A DNA stretch of 64,000 bases from Ranitomeya imitator. Lineage: Eukaryota. The notes under the pieces are model-generated. The model ran no database searches and had not been told where the DNA came from. It worked only from the letters and a program-made list of their open reading frames with translations. The number at the start of each line of letters is the position of its first letter. Within the stretch, counting starts at the first letter, position 1. Shown one piece after another: positions 12,601 to 21,600 of the stretch. The DNA lies in NCBI RefSeq assembly GCF_032444005.1, contig NC_091290.1, positions 118,916,001-118,980,000 of the forward strand, written 5' to 3'. A program made the translations under genes and the position numbers.

Positions 12601-15600
12601 TCTTATCAGTCAGCAAGACACTTCCCCAGAATAATTTTGGCTTACTCACATACATTTTGGCAAACTGCAGTCTAGCTTTCTTATGTCTCTGTGTCAGCAG
12701 TGGGGTCCTCTTGGGTTTCTTACCATAGCGTTTCATTTCATTCAAATTTAGACCGATAGTTCGCGCTGACGCTGATGCACCCTGAGCCTGCAGAATAGTT
12801 TGATTTTCTTTACAACTTGATTGGAGCTGCTTATCCACCATCTGGACTATCTTGGGTTTCAACCTCTCATCTATTTTTCTCTGCCATCTACGTCCAAGAA
12901 GATTAGCTACAGTGCCATGGGTTGTAAACTTCTTGATTATGTTGCATACCAAGACAAAGGAACATTAAGATCTCTAGAGATGGACTTGTAACCTTGAAAA
13001 TGTTGTTATTTTTGAAAACTTTTGGTTCAAAGTTTCGGGTATAACACCCTCATCAGGCTAAGTTAAAAAGGTTGTCCACTACTTTAACAATGATGACCTA
13101 TCCTTATGATAGGTCATCAATTCATGATCGGTGGGAATATTGAAGAAACTATGGAGAAATAGCACAAATAGGGTGATACCCATGATACAAAGGGTGAATA
13201 AACAAGGGGTGTAAGTTCACTTTGTTTTGTTGCAATTGCAACAGTGAATACACCTAAACAGCTGCTGCAGACGGTGGGTGATAGACCATGAGGATAGTAG
13301 GAGATGGACGGCTTTCCTGCGCTGCTGTCAATATCCTCCAAAGGATAATGGAAAATCAATAAAATAAAAACATTTGTTTAGTCTGTGGTATAGATCCACT
13401 CTATTCGAGGTACACCAAACTCGTCCTCAGGAAATAACCACATTGATATTAAGAACTTGAACAGTTATATAGTCACCTTAATATATATATTAAAAAAAAA
13501 GGGGGTACGCTAGAGAACCACCTGGTATGTCATGGTTCAAAAATAAACATGCATTAAATTATGTGCAAATTTTAATACAAACTGAATAAAAAAAAACTAA
13601 AAATGTGTATATGTTCATTTATTCGTTTTTTTATTTAAAAGTTTAAAAAATGAATTGAGTGAGTTGCAAAGATCATGCTAAAAAAAAGTGCATCAGGTGG
13701 GAAAGAAAACACTCTGATTCCATATAAAAGTTACCACTAGACGTCTACAAGAAACTCCTTTTCTAGTGTTTAAAACCAAAGAGCCATCATGTTCAGTGAC
13801 AGGGATGCCAGAGGTAGCACTATGAGGTGGATGAACAAAAAGGGAAAATATATTTAAATAATGATACTTAATTTGAAAATAATTGTTAAATTAAGGGCTG
13901 ATATTATCAGCTCATAATATCTTATTTTAATCATAATAGTTGACTAAAAAATATAAATATATACAATTAATTTAAAGACAAATACATACATACAAATATA
14001 TATACAACTGGAAAAAAAACATCATCATTATTTATATACTCTTTTCGTTCATCCACCTCATAGTGCCACCTCTGGCAGCCCTTTCACTAAACATGATGTC
14101 TCTCTGGTGTAAAATGTCTAAAAGGCAGTTTTTTGTAGATGTCTAGTAGCAACTTTTATGCAGCATCAGAGGGTGTTCAATCCCACCTGATGCACAACTC
14201 ATTCAATTCATTTAACTTTTAATGTAAAAAATAAAAGACAAATACATGAACAGAAACAATTTTAGGGTTTTTATTCAATTTGTATTAAAATTTGTATAAA
14301 ATGTAATGCATGTTTATTTTTTAACTTTGACATAATGCGACAACTCTGCTCGCCCTGCTTCCTGGATTACTTCTGATGGTGAAGATGCTGGGGCCACGTA
14401 CCTTACCTTAGCTCCTGAATCTGCCCTCAGTCTGTACCCTTCCACCACCCAGGGAAGAGGAGAGTAGTAGTGTACCATAGTACAGCAACCAGACTAACAG
14501 TTGTTCTATCCCATCAGTAAAGGCAGACAGCATGGCGAGGGACCGCCTGAATTCAGTGATTAAGCCATGTGTCCTAATACTTTGGTCCATATAGTGCAGT
14601 TATTAACGCAGAGTGTTCATATGTCTTTATAGTGAAGCAATTTACTCCTATGTTCCATGTATACAAATGATTTAATGTTCTTATTGCATTTCTGTATAGT
14701 CAAAGACATCATCATGTTACCAAAGTACAACTCATCTCTAGTGAATATGAACTCACAAGGCATTTTTGTCAGTAAAGGAGACTGGACCCTGTTGGACGTC
14801 GGTGTATCAAACGCAACAATATGGAGTGACGGAGTGGAGTACAGCCAAGTGATCTTCCAGGTGACAAATAGAATTATTTTATAAGTTCACATATATTGCC
14901 AGATTCATCATTTGCTCATTTTATTATCACTTTTATTTTTTTGTCTAGTGTTAATCATTGGCGTTTTTTTGTGTCAAAATTTTTAAAACAGTGCGTATGA
15001 TCTGTGAATGTTGTACAAAATAAAAAAGTTCTTTTTTTTACCTTTTATCTTGTACCTTTTTAGAGTGAAAAGTTGCATGACCTGCAAAACTTTAGCAATT
15101 CTTATATCAGCTGCAAAAATCAGGAAGACAAAAACCAAGCCCACAATAGAGAACATAGAAAAAAAAACAGGGGAACACAAATACAACAGGCTTAAAAAAA
15201 AGGTTTAAATTACAAAAAATGTGGTCCCAAAAAAAGGCTTAAAGCACCAAAAATTAGACAAAAATGGCGAAATGTTAGCTGCATACCCCCAGTAGCTATA
15301 CCTCTGCTTCTCACAAACATGCACCTATCTGTTAAGGATTCACATGTATTACATTTGCAGTAGATATTTATGCCATACCTAACAATACTAGGAAAAATCA
15401 GTTTGGGGTGCATTTTCATTTTGCAAATCTGGCGATTTTTCATTTTTGTCTTTTCACTTTTACTTTTTTCAAGGGCCATAACTTTCTTTTTTGATTAACA
15501 TTACCATTTGAAAGTTATTTTGTGTAGTACGAGTTGTAGTTTTTAATTAAATCGTTCATTTGACCATATAATATACTGAAAAATTGGAAAAAAAATTCCA

Positions 15601-18600
15601 AGTGGGGTGAAATGTTGAAAATAATGGAATTCCCATTACCGATTTTGTTGTGAAGACATTCCTTATGTGACAAATATGGCAGGTCAATACTATCACGACA
15701 ATTCCAAACTTATTTCTAACAGTCTTTTTTATGGTTTAGTGGTTAACCCCTTTCTGGCATTAGACATCGAGGTGGGGTGGGCCCGTATGTCCACCAACGG
15801 GATAGTACATCATAGCGATCGGCCAGGTGTCAGCTGACTATCGCAGCTGACATTCGGCACTATGTGCCAGGAGCAGTCACGGACCGCCCCCGGCACACTG
15901 TGATCAAACATGATCACAGTGTTCCGGCGGTATAGGGAAGCATCGCGCAGGGAGGGAGCTCCCCGTGTGCTTCCCGGAGACCCTCGGAGCAACGCGATAT
16001 GATTGCATTGCTCTGAGCGTCTCCTACCTTCTTCTCCCTGCAGGCCCCGGATCCAAAATGGCCACGGGGCTGCATCCGGGTCCTGCAGGGAGGTGGCTTC
16101 ACAGCGCCTGCTCAGAGCAGGCGCCGGGAAGCCTCCCTGCTGTGCACGTCAGATCGCTGATCTGACACAGTGCACAGCAAAGTGTCAGATCAGCGATCTG
16201 TCACTTTACTGTGATGTTCCCCCCTGGGGCAAAGTAAAAAAAAAAAAATCCTGTTCCAATACATTCCTTTATCTAAATAAAAAAAAACAAAAGTACACAT
16301 ATTTAGTATCGCCGCGTCCCTGACGACCCCATCTATAAAACTATCCCACTAGTTAACCCCTTCAGTGAACACCGTAAAAGAAAATGTAAAAAAAGAGACA
16401 AAAAAACAACGCTTTATTATCATACTGCCGAATAAAAAGTGGAAAAGCACGCGATCAAAAAGGCAAATATAAATAACCATGGTACCGCTGAAAACGTCAT
16501 CTTGTCCCGCAAAAAACAAGCTGCCATACAGCATCATCAGCAAAAAAATAAAAAAGTTATAGTCCTCGGAATAAAGCGATGCAGAAATAATTATTTTTTT
16601 CTATAAAATAGTTTTTATCGTATAAAAGCGCCAAAACATAAAAAAATATATAAATGAGGTGTTGTTATAATCGTACTGACCCGAAGAATAAAACTGCTTT
16701 ATCCATTTTACCAAACGCGGAACGGTATAAACACCTCCCCCAAAAGAAATTCATGAATAGCTGGTTTTTGGTCTTACTGCCTCACAAAAATCGGAATAAA
16801 AAGCGATCAAAAAAGGTCACGTGCCTGAAAATGTTACCAATAAAAACGTCAACTCGTCCCGCAAAAAAAAACACCTCACATGACTCTGTGGACCAAAATA
16901 TGGAAAAATTATAGCTATCAAAATGTGGTAACGCAAAAAATATTTTTTGCAATAAAAAGCATCTTTTAGTGTGTGACAGCTGCCAATCATAAAAATCCGC
17001 TAAAAAACCCACTATAAAAGTAAATCAAACCCCCTTTCATCACCTCCTTAGTTAAGGAAAAATAATAAAATTATAAAAATGTATTTATTTCCATTTTCCC
17101 ATTAGAGTTAGGGCTAGGGTTAGGGCTAGAGTTAGGGTTAGAGCTAGGGTTAGGGCTAGGGTAAGGGTTAAGGTTGGGGCTAGGGTTAGGGTTGGGGCTA
17201 GGGTTAGGATTATATTTATGGTTGGGATTAGGGTCAGGGGTGTGTCAGGGTTAGGGGTGTGGTTAGGGTTATGGTTGGGATTAGGGTTAGGGGTGTGTTG
17301 GAGTTAGGGGTGTGGTTAGGGTTGGGGTGTGGTTGGGATTAGGGGTGTGTTTGGGATAGGGTTTCAGTTAGAATTTGGGGTTTCCACTGTTTAGGCACAT
17401 CAGGGCTCTCCAAACGCAACATGACGTCCGATCTCAATTCCAGCCAATTCTGCATTGAAAAAGTAAAACAGTGCTCCTTCCCTTCAGAGCTCTCCTGTGC
17501 GCCCAAACAGGGGTTTACCCCAACATACGGGGTATCAGCGTACTCAGAACAAATTGGACAACAGCCTCTGGGGTCCAATTTCTCTTACTATCCTTGGGAA
17601 AATAAAAATTTGGGGGGCTAAAAAACATTTTTGTGGGAAAAATTTTTTTTTTTTAATTTTCACGGCTCTGCGTTATTAACTGAAACACTTGGGGGTTCAA
17701 AGTTCTCACAACACATCTAGATAAGTTCCTTGGGGTGTCTAGTTTCCAATATGGGGTCACTTGTGGGGGTTTCTACTGTTTAGGTACATCAGGAGCTCTG
17801 CGAATGCAACGTGACGCCTGCAGACCAATCTATCTAAGTCTGCATTCCAAATGGCGCTCTCCAAATGCAACATGGTGTCCCATCTCAATTCCAGCCAATT
17901 TTGCATTGAAAAGTCAAATGGTGCTCCTTCCGAGCTCTGCCATGCACCCAACAGTGGTTTACCCCCACATATGGGGTATCAGCGCACTCAGGACAAATTG
18001 CTCAACAACTTTTGGGGTACAATTTTTTTCTGGTACCCTTGGGAAAATAAAAAATTGGGGGTGAAAAATTCATTTTTGTGAAAAAATATTTTTTATTTTT
18101 ACGGCTCTACATTATAAAATTCTGTGAAGCACTTGGTGGGTGAAAGTGCTCACCACACATCTAGATAAGTTCCTTAGGGGGTCTACTTTCCAAAATGGTG
18201 TTAATTGTGGGGGGGTTTCAATGTTTAGGCACATTAGTGGCTCTCCAAACGCAACTTGGCGTCCCATCTCAATTCCAGCCAATTTTGCATTGAAAAGTCA
18301 AATGGCGCTCCTTCCCTTCCGAGCTCAGCCATGCGCCCAAACATTGTTTTACCCCCACATATGAGGTATCCAGGTACTCAAGACAAATTGTACAACAACT
18401 TTTGAGGTCCATCTTCTCCTGTTACCCTTGGTAAAATAAAGCAAATTGGAGCTGAAGTAAATTTTTGGTGAAAAAAAATTAAATGTTCATTTTTTTTAAA
18501 CATTCCAAAAATTCCTGTGAAACATCTGAAGGGTTAATAAACTTCTTGAATGTGGTTTTGAGCACCTTGAGGGGTGCAGTTTTTAGAATGGTGTCACACT

Positions 18601-21600
18601 TGGGTATTTTCTATCATATAGACCCCTCAAAATGACTTCAAATGTGACGTGGTCCCTAAAAAAAAATGGTGTAAAAATGAGAAAAATTGCTGGTCAAATT
18701 TTAACCCTTATAACTCGCTAACAAAAAAAAATTTTAATTTCCAAAATTGTGCTGATGTAAAGTAGACATGTGGAAAATGTTACTTACTAAGTATTTTGTG
18801 TGACATATCTCTGTGATTTAAGGGCATAAAAATTAAAAGTTGGAAAATTGCTAAATTTTCAAAATTTTTGCCAAATTTCCGTTTTTTTCACAAATAAACG
18901 CAGGTAATATCACATAAATTTTACCACTATCATGAAGTACAATATGTCACGAGAAAACAATGTCAGAATCACCGGGATCCGTTGAAGCATTCCAGAGTTA
19001 TAACCTCATAAAGGGACAGTGGTCAGAATTGTAAAAATTGGCCTGGTCACTGACGTGCAAACCACCCTTGGGGGTAAAGAAATTTAAGTTTGTTAAAACA
19101 AAAATTTGCTGCAATTTTCTGAAACTTTGAACTCTTTTTGTTTTTTTTTTCTCTAGTGGAATTTTCTTAGGGTTTTCTTTTTTTGCTGCAGCTTTTTTAT
19201 TGACACCGTTTTGGAGTTCATACCATGTTTTGATCACTTTTAATTGCATTTTGGGGGGGGGGGGGGGTAATTTGTGGCAACCAAAAAACAGCAATTCTAG
19301 AGCTTCTATTTTTTTAATTTTTAGCATATATAACCTAGGGTTTAAATTTTTTTATATTTTGATAAATAGGACTATATTTTCTGACTTTATTTTTTAGCTG
19401 ACTTAGGGAACTTGAATCTTGAGCAGGTCCCCCGGTTGCCATAACAAGCCATCGACTCCCTGCAATCGAGTTGCAGGAGGGCTGATCGGAGATGATGCAC
19501 AGCACACTGGCAAGCAGACTATACAAATGGTGCTGTCAGTGACTGACAGTAACAATTAAATTGTCAAAAAACAGTGATCCGAACAAGTTCTCGTTTTTGC
19601 TGTTAAAGGAAAATGCTGGCTGTGAAATACAGCTGGAAACTGACCAGTATAAAACAGGCTCAGTTCCTAAGCCCTCTCTATAGAACCCGCATGTGACCTG
19701 TGATGAGATTGTATATCATTGGTTCTTAGAGGATTAAATTTGGATTGGTTATGGACATCCTGAAAATTGGAATGTGATGTATGGTAGCTATTGTGGCCTA
19801 CCACTCAAGGATGATGGAAAAACACATTTCCCAACACTCATACCTGCTCTCTCAGTTACCGTGTATCAGTCCCTCACTATTAGGCATCAGTCTCTATACC
19901 ATATACTTTGGCAAACCGCTTCATTTTCGAGGCATAAGCATACAGACTTCTTATGGGTGGATCTTTTTCACCTTACTGGTGGATACACTCTTCACTCACA
20001 GGAATAAGCCTCTCTGCTCCTCTCTGTGGTGTAAAATTTTGCCCTTTATTTATAAAGGTGGTGTTTAGATGCAGAAGGCTGGTCTCCTTCACCAGGGACA
20101 AATGGCACAAATTCTAGTTCAGGCTTTAGCTTCTTACATGCTCCCCTTTGGCCCTATTTGTGCCCTTTGGGTAGCACATAAAATATAGAGACCGCTACTC
20201 ACCCCCACTTAATATCCAGCTATGACATAGGCTTTTCATTGTTGCTGCACAGCTATCCTCCTCCTGACTGTTTCGGTGTGTCCAACCTCTACTGGTAGGT
20301 GGGTGCATTAATTATAACTATGCCAAATTACAGTGCTAACTAATGGAAATTTTTCAGGCTGCAAAAAGCTAATTCCAGAATAATGGGTAGCACACAAAAA
20401 ATAGAGAATGCAACTCGCCCCCACTTAATAGCCAGCTATGACACAGGCTTTTCACTGTTGCTGCACAGCTATCCACCTCATGCCTGTCTCGGTGTGTTCA
20501 ACCTCTACTGGTAGGTGGGTCCAAGTGCATCAATTTTAACGATAACTATGCCAAATTACGGTGCTAACTAATGGAAATTTTTCAGGTTGTAAGAAGCTAA
20601 TCCCACAAGACAAAGGAGCACCAACATGAGTAATTTTTTTCCCACCAAAATTTGACAGCAGGTTGACTTAATAAACTTAATTCATAGCATTTTCTAACTT
20701 TACCTTTCAGATTACCATAAAGCGAGCCCCTGTGGTCTACATTATAAACCTTATCATCCCATCGTGTTTCTTGGTCATTCTGGATATTGTTAGTATGTTT
20801 ATACAAATGGGAACAGGAGAGAGACTTGGATTTAAGATTACATTGGTGCTGGGGTTTTCTGTGCTCCTGCTAATTCTGAATGATATGCTCCCTAGCTCGA
20901 TCCATACCCCTGTGCTAGGTAAGTATATTTCTATCTTCTTACATATAGTCTATAATGAACCTATAAAACTAGAGAAATTAGTGTGCTGCAGTACACAGAT
21001 TACTCCATTACCTACAGTATATGCCATTCATCCTGAGTTACTGTCTGTAGTGTAGTCTCCAGGGCAGCAGTATTCAGAATCCTGTGGGCTTCAGAGCTGA
21101 AATCTTTACTAATATTTGTTTGATCAGTATCTTCAATCAGCTTCCCCTTAAGGTTTTCATTGAAATGTCATCATTACATCAGGTGCAATAGAGTAATCTG
21201 ATGTTGGCGAAAACAAATTCCCATTTTAATATTAGGTAGGGACACTTTCTATAATGGATGATCTAGAAATACTATTACTGTCAGCAATATTGATACTGAA
21301 TGACAAGAATTCAGAACAATAACAATATCAGGAAGTATTATTACTGATAATAATCAATATCAAACGATAATAACCAAATAACTATATTCCTGCATAGATT
21401 CTAGTGGACGGTCAGCTAAGAAACCACACTGACAAAACGCATAAAAACAAATGGTTTTATACTCAGAATCACATGAATAGTATAATATTGATAAAACAGA
21501 TAATATAATTATTACAATATTACATAGTGTGGAGGTTTGTACTCACACAGCTGCGTTTGACGTAGGCACAGGAAGCAGTATGGCTGAAATGTCAAGGCTG

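Noticed and set aside
17101-17365. True telomere or chromosome-fusion scar
   Set aside because: The array is short, degenerate and single-orientation, and is embedded at the same position in two copies of a transposon.
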